Positions 37,529 to 51,064 of a DNA stretch of 64,000 nucleotides are shown here, in pieces. The notes beneath the pieces were generated by a model that saw only the letters and a list, made by a program, of their open reading frames with translations, was not told where the DNA came from and searched no databases. Numbering within the stretch: the stretch's first letter is position 1; each line of letters starts with the position of its first letter. The position numbers were made by a program, and so were the translations under genes. Location of the stretch: NCBI GenBank assembly GCA_964016885.1, contig OZ024741.1, forward strand, positions 238,390,001 through 238,454,000. Direction: 5' to 3'. This DNA comes from Eledone cirrhosa. Its lineage: Eukaryota.

Positions 37529-39922
37529 CTGTGGAACAGGTGGAAGTCTTCTGGGTGTTGTTGAGAATTTCCATTCATTAGTTAACTGCTCCATCTCTGG
37601 ATAATATGGACTTTTAGGGTTTATTGACTGAAGATTTCTAGCAAATATATCGTCTGCATTTCTGGTTATTGCAACAGGATTGTTAGTGTGATACAGTATT
37701 TGTCTCATCTCAGTCGGAGATAGGAATTTTGGATTATCTATTGTTGTAGGTGAGTTATTGGTGTGATTTATACATCTGAAAACACACAGTGTTATTGACA
37801 CTACAATAGCCACAGATATTATTACAGCTGCTGCTACAATGATAATTACCCAAGTCATATTGAGATTGTTACCAGTCTGTAAGTGGACAGCATTCAACAT
37901 TGGAGATGTATCATTACTAACAAACAGTGTTAGTATGATAGCAGTTGTTGCTGATTGAACTGGAGTGCCACCATCTTTCACTATAAACTGTAGGTCATAT
38001 GTTCCTGCATCATTTTGGTAAACTGTCCGAGAGAAAGATAAGACACCAGTATGAGAGTTGACTGTAAACAGGTTTTTATCATTAGATCTCAGTATTCCAT
38101 ATGTGAGGAAAGCATTGTTTCCAGTGTCTTTGTCAGAGGCTTTCAGAATTGTGATGTCTTTCTTACTGTGTGGTTGGTAGTGGACATCTAGATTGTAAGG
38201 GTCATTAATAGGAAAGGTAAAATAGGGAGCATTATCATTTTTATCTAGAATCTCAATAACAATATTGGCAGTGTTATTCAGAGAAGGTGTTCCATTATCT
38301 TTGACTAAAATTTGGAAATTATAGATGTCTTTTACTTCCCGATCTATTGACTGTGATGTAGAAATAAATCCATATTTTGTAAGTTGGAAAGGAATGTTAT
38401 CATTGTTGTTATCATTGATGATAGAATATGTAAGTTGACCTCCATCTTCAAGATCAGGGTCTGTAGCATTGATGAAGCCAATAGGGAAGTCAACCTTCTG
38501 GTTTTCATAGGTGAGGAATTGGAATGTATCTTTGGTAAAATGTGGTTGTACATCATTAACATCAGTTACTTTGACAGAGAATTGTTTCTTAGTCTTTAAC
38601 TGAGGTGATCCCATGTCATGACATACAATAGATACAACATAGTGATCTATAGTTTCCCTATCAAGAGGTTCTTTCACCAATATTTTATATTCTTTAGAAC
38701 CCATATTAGAAAGTTGAAACATTTTATGTTGAATATTACATTTAATTTGTCCATTAGGTCCACTATCAGTGTCAATAACCATAACATAAGCTATAAAACT
38801 CCCAATTTTACTTGCTTCTGAAATAGCTGTAGAAGTCTCTGTTAAAGGAGACACAAAATCTATATTTATAGTTGGAGCATTATTTTGGTTGCTAATTACA
38901 TTAATAATTAACATTACCATAGAACTTAATGAAGGAATTCCCCCATCTTTGGCTTCAATGTACAGTTGATATTTACTTTCTTTATTTCTAAAGAAATCTT
39001 CATTGGTGAAAATTTCTCCAGATTTGGAATTTAATTTGAAATTTTTTCTGGCATATTTATTTGTATTTCTGTGTAAATAGTAAGTAATATTTCCATTTTG
39101 ACCAGAATCTAAATCTGTAGCTGATAAAACAAATACAGGAGAAGATATATGATGTGTATCACTAATGGTTATATTATATAGTCTTTTAGTAAATATAGGT
39201 CTGTTATCATTTACATCAATAACAGATATTTCTATGTTTAGAAAGCCTTCTTTTTGTGGTGAACCTCCATCTTTAGCCACTAACTCTAACATGTAAGTGT
39301 CTTTTAATTCCCTGTCTAACACTCCTTGTAGAGTAATTTTAAGTATATTTATTCCATCAGTTTCTTTAAATATGGATAGTGAGAATTTCTTACTTTTATC
39401 ATTAATTTTATATGTGATGTTAGAATTGAGACCACTAATGTCTTTATCAACAGCATTTGGTATTGATTTTGTGGAGCCTTTTGCTTCAGTTTCATAAAAT
39501 ATTATTTCCAGTTGATTTTTTGGAAACTCTGGCTGATGGTCATTAATATCTTCTATGAATATTTTAATCTTTAATATCTTCATAAATGTTTCTGATTTTC
39601 TTACTGCTACTTTAACAATTCTGGAACATTTCTTGTTATATGTACACAGAGACTCAGCATCCAGTGTCTGTGTAGTGTATAGTTTTCCTGTGTTAGTGAC
39701 ATTGAATAAGTTAGAACCACTTGACACCGTCCTTTGTAGTTGTGTAAATGTAATGAGAGTGTGTTGTTGATGTGTAAGAGAGTGTGTTAAGTTAGAATCA
39801 ACAGCAATGTCTCCTATATAGGTGTGAGGACTGTCTTCTTCATTGACATGGTAAGTAATGTCTATGGACACAACAGAATATATTAATCCAAAGAGAATCG
39901 GTAGAGTGCTGATTATAACCAT
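37529..39922 (-). CDS. PCDH: Protocadherin g4 large exon
   Basis: 802-aa ORF; acceptor at 39962-39963; donor CAG|gtaact. Confidence 0.96.
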
Positions 39923-41284
39923 TGTTGTAATTCATTATTTATTGTTGTATAATCCATATATCTAGAAAAAATAAGGAAACACATTGATAAATAGAAATGT
40001 TGTTGTGAAATACATACATTTAAAAAAACTAAACTAAAAAATAATATTTTAAATCTGGATTTAGTTATTAGAAAGATTGAACTTTGTTTTTACTGTTTAG
40101 GCAGGAAGTGAAAGGCCATGCTGCTGACACATTCATGACCTCTTTGATTTGCAAGAGGGACGCCAAAATTTCTACTCATTTTGGTGACCTGGCTTGAATG
40201 CTTGCAATAGAATTGACTAAATGCATTCAAAGAGCAGGCTGGTTGAGGGAATATTGGTGAAAGATTAACACAACCAACGAAATTGTCTACAGTTGTATTA
40301 AAAATTGGAACACAACTAAAGATTTCTATTAATAGTTGTATAAATGACATTACAAATGCATAAATAACCTTATAAATTTAAGAAAACTCGGGTATATATG
40401 TATAAATGCGTAAATAACATTATAGTTATAGTCTACAAACGTTGTTGAGTGTTTTAGCATCTTTAATGTTCTAAACAAACTTTAGAATGTCCTTACATAA
40501 TTAAAAATTTAAAACATCTCACCTATTTTGAGAATGTCTATCGATGTAACTGTTCCCCATTTCTAAACATACAAAATAAGTGGAAGTATATTTCTTGTTG
40601 GACGATATATTCCTGTAAAAATTATTCAGAAGTAACCACTAGCTCTACAGAATTGCATTTTTGCAATCTTCCATCTTGAGACAATAGAGTTATCTGCCCC
40701 TCTCAATGTTAAATATTTGATACTACAATTTCTTTGTGGGTGGTCAATATATTGAGAAGCTTCTATGTAAGGTGGAATGACACATTTGTCCAATTCTGTG
40801 TTTTATTGAAGTATTTAATTTATCTTCTAACTAATGCACCTCCACAATATGCTATCATTACATGAAATTACTAATTTTATAATAATATGGTGGGCACCGA
40901 AAAGTTTCAGGTGAGAATTAGCTTTGTAAAACTCTATAGAAATGAATTCTGATCTAAAATGATAAATTATCTAACCGATAAATATATATCTACGATCATG
41001 GTGCAAAGTTGTTGAATAGCATTGATCAGCATTTGTCATGAAAACATATAAAACAGAGATAATCATGCCCAAATATGTGAAACATCAGTCTGTTCTGGTA
41101 TAATGTTATAATATATATACATTATAATATCTCTTTGAGGAACAAAGTGAAATTCAGAACATGTTTCTTCTAGATTGTTATCTAGTCTGACCTTTTCTGC
41201 TTGAACCCTGTAATATTGTGTTCATAATGATAATGGAGGAAAGTCAGTTACTGGAAAATAGATTTCTTTATAATTTACAATTGA

Positions 41285-41578
41285 TGTGAAGTTATGTTGG
41301 TACAACAACATCCAGTCTGAAACAAATGAGGTCGTGTAGGTGTCACGACAAAAAAAAAAACACACAGTCCACTCTGTAATGTGGCCGTGTAGGTAACACA
41401 GTAAAAATCTCCCAGTTCACTCTGTAAACACGGTTGGTTTTAGGAAGGGCATCCAGCCGTAGAAAACCCGCCAGACAGTCCTATACGAGCAGGACAACCA
41501 ATCTTGCCCCAGGTGGGAAAACTCCCGTCCAAACCCATGCAAGCGTGGAAGATGGACGTTAAACGATGATGATGATGA
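41285..41578 (+). mobile_element. RTE 3'UTR fragment in g4 intron 1 (shared with g5)
   Basis: Ends gttaaacgatgatgatgatga; empty site acaattgatatcgaaacagagattg in g3 and g6. Confidence 0.88.
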
Positions 41579-42224
41579 GATTGAATGTAACATGTCTGTT
41601 AATTATTGTGGTTATTTTCTTTTATATGTGCAGGTTTTTGTTATTTTGTGAATAATATTGTTCTTGCTTGATATTTATTTTTCTTATTGTTTGTAATGGA
41701 TAGTTGATGAAACATATTCCCCATATGTTTCAGTGAACTTTTTAGTTTAAATGTTTCTGTATGTTGTGTTTTTTAATAAAATTTAGTAATATGAAGTGTG
41801 TTATTTATAACATTTATTGTTTTAGTCATGTTTGTGAGAGATTGAGTTCCTAGGTAGGACTGACATAGTTCTTGATGGATGTTTATAATTGATTGGAAAC
41901 TGTGTTTATATAAATATAATCTTGACTGAATATTGGTCAGTTTTGTGTATATTGTGTATTTAATGATCATTACAATTAGGTTTTCATGTTCACTATATCT
42001 TCCTAAGCTTAGTGGAATTTCACAAATATCAGAAAAATAAAAATTCTTAAGCTTTACAACATATAGTTTTGTGTTTACAAATCAAATTTGTCTAGGCCCA
42101 ACTAAGTAGCAGTAATGCAACAGTACTAACTGATTATTTAATATCTCTTGTGATTCATAATTATTATAGAAAAGTGATCAATATATATATATATATATAT
42201 ACACTCTTCTTTTTTGCTCTTGCT

Positions 42225-43325
42225 CAATGGAAGTGGGGTAATTTTGGGTCAATGATCCCAAAAGAATCATTGTGCATAGAGCCGACCAGATTTACCAGTG
42301 CCCTCCACAGCTGTCGGTCCCATGCCAGCCTTTTTGCATCCTCCAAGTTGATGTTGAGCCACTGGAAATCTTACTTATTCACATCCCTCAATCTGGTACA
42401 GGGCCTGCCATAGGGTCCCTTCCAGCCTGAAGTTGTTGAACATGAGTAAGGCTCTGGTAGGATGATCTGGTGGAAAGCATGGGGCATGTCCAAACCAGTG
42501 CATGTGGTGCATGTTTATGAGGTGGAAGGTTGCAGGCTGATCTGTGTATGCAACTCTTTGTTGGAAATGCTGTCATACCATCTGTTGTTCTTGATAGTCC
42601 TCAAAGCCATCAATCCTCTTTGCCAGGGTTTTTGTGAAGGGCCATTCTTCTGCTTCATAGTGGAGAATGGATAGGACCTACGCATTGTAGATATAGCTTC
42701 ATCTTCCAGCAGATAGAGCAGTAGCACTAAAGGGGCTTCCATAGGGAGTGCATGACTCCAGCGGCCTAACCACATTTTCTGTTGATCTTCATGGTCAGGT
42801 CACCAATGATGGTGACTCTTGAGCCTAGGTAAATGAAGGTGCTGACAAACTACACAATATAAGGGTCAATATAAAGTGGCATTGTATCTAGGCCATTGCT
42901 GACATGCATCAGCTTGTTCTTTTCCCAGCTCGCTTGATGGCCAAGCTCTGCTGATTCCTCCCAGCATAGGGTCATTGTGACTCTCAGCTGATCAATCGTG
43001 ATGGTGAATAGGGTGATGGCATCTGTGTACTCCAGGTTGGTAAGGTGATGGTTCCCAAAGGTAATGCCAGAAACTCATTCATGTTCATCAGATAGTCAAT
43101 GACACATTTGAAATGTCAGGGCAGCGCTGTCTGATCTCACTGTTGATGGGGAATCAGTCAGTCCTTTCTGTTCACCTGCATGCAGGTCTTGGCACAGTTA
43201 TAGATCCGTTAGAACAAGGTGGTGATCTTCGGAGACACATCAATGAGCAGAATTATCCAGAGGTATGCATGGTTGATGAGGGCAGAGATCTCTGTGGAAC
43301 TTCCAAGATCTTTCCATAATGAGAT
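42225..43325 (-). mobile_element. Old RTE-type LINE fragment (g4 copy)
   Basis: Paralog of 33370-34470. Confidence 0.8.
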
Positions 43326-44063
43326 GGAGAACAGGAATGTGGTCCATAAAACGAGGGACAGAATTTAAACAAATGCCTTTCAAATGAAGATTTTTATTTA
43401 ACTCTATTTGAACATATAGAAACCTGAAGTTATTTATACTTCAGGGCAAAATGAAAGTGACTGAAACAATATCGTCATCATTTTATATTCTCTTTTTCAT
43501 GATTACATGGTTATAAATATAAAATTATATTGAATTGAATTCTAAGCAAATGCAAATGAGTTTCATTTATATTATAAGAAGCAGAGTGAAGTTAATTGAT
43601 TCATAGAGTATTTAACAATATATATGTAGTGTAATATAATTATTCTGTATCTTGATATTTTCAATCATATACAAGCAGTCCTGATATCATCTATAATTAA
43701 GACACAATTTAAACGAAGAGAAATAATTATATTTCTAATGTTCCCTGTTTAACCTGAGTAGTAGAAATATATTTAATAGTATATACGAATAATAGCAAAG
43801 TATATGAAATTATGTTATTAAATACAATAAATTGATAGATCAGTATTTCAATAATGGTTACTGTTAAAAATATCTTTCTTCCCAAAGTAACTACACTACT
43901 ACAGTAGTAATTGTTCTTGTAAATGGCTACATTGCTCTCTGGTCATCTATTATAAAGTATTATCATGAAATACTGTTATATTTATAATCTATTTCTCATA
44001 TCTTCATGTGAAATATATATTCCCAGAACATCTAATGTAAAATGTCAATATAAAGAGACTTAC

Positions 44064-44210
44064 CTATATTGTTTAATCCTTTGTTTGTGTCTCTTACAGA
44101 AGACATTTATTCTGACGTAGTGTTCCAGTGTAACTGCTGCTGTAGTAGTGTGACAATGGCAGTATCTTGATGATGTAGTTTTGTGAGTCATAGTGGGAGC
44201 CAACTACACT
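44064..44210 (-). promoter_or_regulatory. Conserved putative promoter / first exon of g4
   Basis: Same block, GTAAGT donor. Confidence 0.68.
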
Positions 44211-45039
44211 TTGGATGATCTTATTTATCTGTACATATTGTATTTATTAAATTTAATTTATTTTACCCAATGTTTAAAATATTAAATAATGAATTTTGCA
44301 ATAAATATTTCTGATTTATACTAAACTACATTAAAATATTTATAAGTGATATTCATTCCTTGTACACGGGATGTTTACAGCACACTAATGTGTACACAAA
44401 TTCACTGAGTGTTATATGTAAAACATTATTTTCTAACCTCAGTGATAACTTCATAAGACTTATTGGAGAAGATTAATCTATAAAATATTTACTAACGTTA
44501 TAAATTATATATATTTTTTTACAATATCTTCTGTTACTTTATTACTTTTTCATAATATAAATAATAAATGAAAAATCAATGTGTTTTTAAAATGTTAATA
44601 TTATTATCATTATCACCATAGTAGAAATTGTAAATAATTTGAATAGTGTTCTTCATATAATCTTCGGATGGTAGATTATATGGGGCTAAATGTCCCTTTC
44701 TTCCATCTAGTATTGATACTAATGATATATGAACAAGAATTCCATATATTATACCCATATTTCTGAAGATTTTTGCCCAATTTATGATAAAAATAAACCA
44801 ATGAGAATATTTGGGAATACTCTAAAATCATGTCATTTAATTCTTTCTTTCTCAAGATATAACAAACATATTTCCAAATACATATTCTTCAATATTACTT
44901 TGAATTAATAAGTTGTGTGTGCTAATTAATCTAATTTCATTTTAAAACAGAAGCAATGTTCTAATTTTATTGAAGTATTTATGTTAAAAATAAAATAATC
45001 TCCAAGCAGGATAATTGCAGTTGTGTTAACTTGAGCTTA

Positions 45040-45128
45040 CTATTTTTTATATATTGGTTCTAAATATGTATCTTGTTCATGTTCACCTTTTGGTGTTGGT
45101 GGGATATTTGGTGTGTAGTTACTGTATT
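45040..45128 (-). CDS. PCDH: Protocadherin g5 terminal coding exon
   Basis: 89 nt, conserved. Confidence 0.8.
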
Positions 45129-45690
45129 CTGGAAAATAGATAAATACATTATAAATAGTATTAGAAGGGAAAGTTATCTTTATATGTATGGAAAAATATT
45201 CTTTTCTAAATGAAGCAACTATTATCATATTCATTTTTATGATAATAATGAAAATTATTGTGTACAGTGCTCAGGTGCACTACAAATCACCAAAGGTGCA
45301 TGTATAGTACATAGAATAATGTACAAATGCCAGTAAAGTGAATAGTGTATGAGTCATGATACAAACACATGCATACATGTGTATGGAGAGGGTATATCAG
45401 TTGTGGTGTTGGTGAATTTCAGGAAGCATGGGAGTTTTGAAAAATGCAGTGTCCCGACAGCTAACATCTGATGCAGGTAATTTCTGTGCTTCAGTAACTA
45501 TGGGCATTTTGTTTCTTCTTTCAATTTTACATGACTTTTACCTGATTATATTAATAAACATCTTTTTAAATAGTTCCCACTAAATATTGTATAAAATACA
45601 TTAATTACTCTTATATTAGTTAAATATGGTTTAATGATATATGTTACAATTGTGCCAGTGAATTAATAAAAAAGGAATATCCACTATTAC

Positions 45691-45838
45691 CTGATGTTTG
45701 ATGTGTAATATCTCCTTCACTCAAACCCCGTTTATGTTCTCTTTGAGATGGTAATGTATCACTTAAGTTGTTTGATGTCACAATACTGCTGCTATCACCT
45801 TGCTCACAAGACCCATCTGAAATCTGCTTATTGTATAT
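45691..45838 (-). CDS. PCDH: Protocadherin g5 cytoplasmic exon
   Basis: 148 nt, canonical boundaries. Confidence 0.88.
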
Positions 45839-46379
45839 CTGTTATGAAACAACAAAGATTTCAATGCACATTTGAAAGATGAAAGTACATACTATAACTA
45901 TATATTTTTACATCTTTGCAGAAAAATAATAATTCTTTTTACTGTATCAGAATGTTAAGGAGATTTAGGGAAAGTATTTCTAATTTCAACTATCAGCTTT
46001 GAAAATAGTAAATATCATATGACTGGTGTTGTATACCTAATCAGAACATCTGTTATTGTTTTGAGAATCTCTGATATTTAATATTTCAAATTGGTTTATG
46101 AGATATATAGATCTCTGAAATCAGGATATGAATATATTTGAAATAAATTTTACTGTTATTATAATTTTTGTTATCAGAATTGTCAATATTTACTATAACA
46201 AATAGTTTCTTATATATAATTCCTTCTTAAAATAAGATATGAATACACTGAGAATAAATTTTACTGTTATTATTCAAAGTCGTAGGAAAATATATGAAGA
46301 AAATTAAATATGATTGTATATAATTAAATGTAAATACATTAAAATTAATATTTAAGAGGTGGATTTACTGCATAGTTAC

Positions 46380-48773
46380 CTGTGGAACAGGTGGAAGTCT
46401 TCTGGGTGTTGTTGAGAATTTCCATTCATTAGTTAACTGCTCCATCTCTGGATAATATGGACCTTTAGGGTTTATTGACTGAAGATTTCTAGCAAATATA
46501 TCATCTGCATTTCTGGTTATTGCAACAGGATTGTTGGTGTGATACAGTATTTGTCTCATCTCAGTCGGAGATAGGAATTTTGGATTATCTATTGTTGTAG
46601 GTGAGTTATTGGTGTGATTTATACATCTGAAAACACACAGTGTTATTGACACTACAATAGCCACAGATATTATTACAGCTGCTGCTACAATGATAATTAC
46701 CCAAGTCATATTGAGGTTGTTACCAGTCTGTAAGTGGACTGCAGTCAACATTGGAGATGTATCATTACTAACAAACAGTGTTAGTATGATAGCAGTTGTG
46801 ACTGATTGAACTGGAGTACCACCATCTTTCACTATAAACTGTAGGTCATATGTTCCTGCATCATTTTGGTAAACTGCCCGAGAGAAAGATAAGACACCAG
46901 TATGGGAGTTGACTGTAAACAGGTTTTTATCATTAGATCTCAGTATTCCATATGTGAGGAAAGCATTGTTTCCAGTGTCTTTGTCAGAGGCTTTCAAAAT
47001 TGTGATGTCTTTCTTACTGTGTGGATGGTAGTGGGCATCTAGATTGTAAGGGTCATTAATAGGAAAGGTAAAATAGGGATCATTATCATTTTTATCTAGA
47101 ATCTCAATAACAATATTGGCAGTATTATTCAGAGAAGGTGTTCCATTATCTTTGACTAAAATCTGGAAGTTATAGATGTCTTTCACTTCCCGATCTATTG
47201 ATTGTGATGTAGAAATAAATCCATATTTTGTAAGTTGGAAAGGAATGTTATCATTGTTGTTATCATTGATGATAGAATATGTAAGTTGACCTCCATCTCC
47301 AAGATCAGGGTCTGTAGCATTGATGAAGCCAATAGGGAAGTCAACTTTCTGGTTTTCATAGGTGAGGAATTGGAATGTATCTTTGGTAAAATGTGGCTGT
47401 ACATCATTGACATCAGTTACTTTGACAGAGAATTGTTTCTTAGTCTTTAATGGAGGTGATCCCATGTCATGACATACAATAGATACAACATAGTGGTCTA
47501 TAGTTTCTCTATCAAGAGGTTCTTTCACCAATATTTTATATTCTTTAGAACCCATATTAGAAAGTTGAAACATTTTATGGTGAATATTACACTTAATTTG
47601 TCCATTAGGTCCACTATCAGTATCAATAACCATAACATAAGCTATAAAACTCCCTATTACACTTGCTTCTGAAATAGCTGTAGAGGTTTCTGTTAAAGGA
47701 GACACAAAATCTATATTTATAGCTGGAGCATTATTTTGATTGCTAATTACATTAATATTTAACATTGCCATAGAACTTAATGAAGGAATTCCACCATCTT
47801 TGGCTTCAATGTACAGTTGGTATTTACTTTCTTTATTTCTAAAGAAATCTGCATTGGTGAAAATTTCTCCAGATTTGGAATTTAACTTGAAATTTTTTCT
47901 GGCATATTTATTTGTATTTCTGTGTAAATAGTAGGTGATATTTCCATTTTGACCAGAATCTAAATCTGTAGCTGATAAAACAAACACAGGAGAAGATATA
48001 TGATGTGTATCACTGATGGTTATATTATATAGTTTTTTAGTAAATATAGGTCTGTTATCATTTACATCAATAACAAATATTTCTATGTTTAGAAAACCTA
48101 CTTTTTGTGGTGAACCTCCATCTTTAGCCACTAACTGTAATATATAAGTGTCTTTTAATTCCCTGTCTAACACTCCTTGTAGAGTAATTTTAAGTATATT
48201 CATTCCATCAGTTTCTTTAAATATGGACAGTGAGAATTTTTTACTTTTATCTTTTAGTGTATATGTGATGTTAGAATTGATAACACCATTGTCTTTATCA
48301 ACAGCATTTGGTATTGATTTTGTCAATCCCTTTACTTCAGTTTCATCAAACTCTATTTTTATTTGCTTTTGTGGAAACTCTGGCTGATGGTCATTAATAT
48401 CTTCTATGAATATTTTAATCTTCAATATCTTCATAAATGTTTCTGATTTTCTTACTGCTACTTTAACACTTCTGGAACATTCCTTGTTAGATGTACACAG
48501 TGACTCTGCATCCAGTGTCTGTGTAGTGTATAGTTTTCCCGTGTTAGTGACATTGAATAAGTTAGAACCACTTGACACTGTCCTTTGTAGTTGTGTAAAT
48601 GTAATGAGAGTGTGTTGTTGATATGTAAGAGAGTGTGTTAAGTTAGAATCAACAGCAATATCTCCTATATAGGTGTGAGGACTGTCTTCTTCATTGACAT
48701 GGTAAATAAGATCTAAGGACACAACAGAATATATTAATCCAAAGAGAATCGGTAGAGTGCTGATTATAACCAT
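46380..48773 (-). CDS. PCDH: Protocadherin g5 large exon
   Basis: 802-aa ORF; acceptor at 48813-48814; donor CAG|gtaact. Confidence 0.96.
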
Positions 48774-50137
48774 TGTTGTAATTCATTATTTATTGTTGTA
48801 TAATCCATATATCTAGAAAAAATAAGGAAACACATTGATAAATAGAAATGTTGTTGTGAAATACATACATTTAAAAAAACTAAACTAAACAAAAATATTT
48901 TAAATCTGGATTTAGTTATTAGAAAGATTGAACTTTGTTTTTACTGTTTAGCCAGGAAGTGAAAGGCCATGCTGCTGGCACATTCAGGACCTCTTTGATC
49001 TGCAGGAGGGACGCCAAAATTTCTACTCATTTTGGTGACCTGGCTTGAATGCTTGCAATAGAGTTGACTAAATGCATTCAAAGAGCAGGCTGGTTGAGGG
49101 AATATTGGTAAAAGATTAACACAACCAACCAAGTTGTGTACAGCTGTATTAAAAATCAGAACAGAACTAAAGATTTCTATTAACAGTTGTATAAATGACA
49201 TTACAAATGCATAAATAACCTTATAAATTTAAGAAAACTCGGGTATATATGTATAAATGCGTAAATAACATTATAGTTATAGTCTACAAATGTTTTAGCA
49301 TCTTTAATGTTCTAAACAAACTTTAGAATGTCCATACATAATTAAAAAGTTAAAACAACATAGATTGAACATCTCACCTATTTTGAGAATATCTATCGAT
49401 GTAACTGTTCCCCATTTCTAAACATACAAAATAAGTGGAAGTATATTTCTTGTTGGACGATATATTCCTGTAAAAATTATTCAGAAGTAACCATTAGCTC
49501 TACAGAATTGCATTTTTGCTATCTTCCATCTTGAGACAATAGAGTTATCTGCCCCTCCCAATGTTAAATATTTGATACTACAATTTCTTTGTGGGTGGTC
49601 AATATATTGAGAAGCTTCTATGTAAGGTGGAATGACACATTTGTCCAATTCTGTATTTTATTGAAGTATTTAATTTATCTTCTAACTAATGCACCTCCAC
49701 AATATGCTATCATTACATGAAATTACTAATTTTATAATAATATGGTGGGCACCGAAAAGTTTCAGGTGAAAATTAGCTTTGTAAAACTCTATAGAAATAA
49801 ATTCTGGTTTAAAATTATAAATTATCTAACCGATAAATATATATCTACGATCATGGTGCTAAGTTGTTGAATAGAGTTGATCAGCGTTGGTCATAAAAAC
49901 ATAAAACAGAGATAATCATGCCCAAATATGTGAAACATCAGTCTGTTCTGGTATAATGTTATATTATATATACATTATAATATCTCTTTGAGGAACAAAG
50001 TGAAATTCAGAACATGTTTCTTCTAGATTGTTATCTAGTTTGACCTTTTCTGCTTGAACCCTGTAATATTGTGTTCATAATGATAGTGGAGGAAAGTCAG
50101 TTACTGGAAAATAGATTTCTTTATAATTTACAATTGA

Positions 50138-50429
50138 TGTGAAGTTATGTTGGTACAACAACATCCAGTCTGAAACAAATAAGGTCGTGTAGGTGTCACA
50201 ACAAAAAAAAAACACACAGTCCACTCTGTAATGTGGCCGTGTAGGTGACACGGTAAAAATATCCCAGTTCACACTGTAAACGCGGTTGGTTTTAGGAAGG
50301 GCATCCAGCCGTAGAAAACCTGCCAGACAGTCCTATACGAGCAGGACAACCAATCTTGCCTCAGGTGGGACAACTCCCGTCCAAACCCATGCAAGCGTGG
50401 AAGATGGACGTTAAACGATGATGATGATG
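50138..50429 (+). mobile_element. RTE 3'UTR fragment in g5 intron 1 (same insertion as in g4)
   Basis: Junctions identical to 41285-41578. Confidence 0.88.
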
Positions 50430-51064
50430 AGATTGAATGTAACATGTCTGTTAATTATTGTGGTTATTTTCTTTTATATGTGCAGGTTTTTGTTATTTTG
50501 TGAATAATATTGTTCTTGCTTGATATTTATTTTTCTGATTGTTTGTAATGGATAGTTGATGAAACATATTCCCCATATTTTTAGGTTAAATGTTTCTGTA
50601 TGTTGTGTTTTTTAATAAAATTTAGTAATATGAAGTGTGTTATTTATAACATTTATTGTTTTAGTCATGTTTGTGAGAGATTGAGTTCCTAGGTAGGACT
50701 GACATAGTTCTTGATGGATGTTTATAATTGATTGGAAACTGTATGTTTATTTAAATATAATCTTGACTGAATATTGGTCAGCTGTGTGAATATTGTGTAT
50801 TTAATGATCATTACAATTAGGTTTTCATGTTCACTATATCTACCTAAGCTTAGTGGAATTTCACAAATATCAGAAAAATAAAAATTCTTAAGCTTTACAA
50901 CATATAGTTTTGTGTTTACAAATCAAATTTGTCTGGGCACTGTACTAAGTAGCAGTAATGCAACAGTACTAACTGATTATTTAATATCTCTTGTGATTCA
51001 TAATTATTATAGAAAAGTGATCAATATATATATATATATATACACTCTTCTTTTTTGCTCTTGC

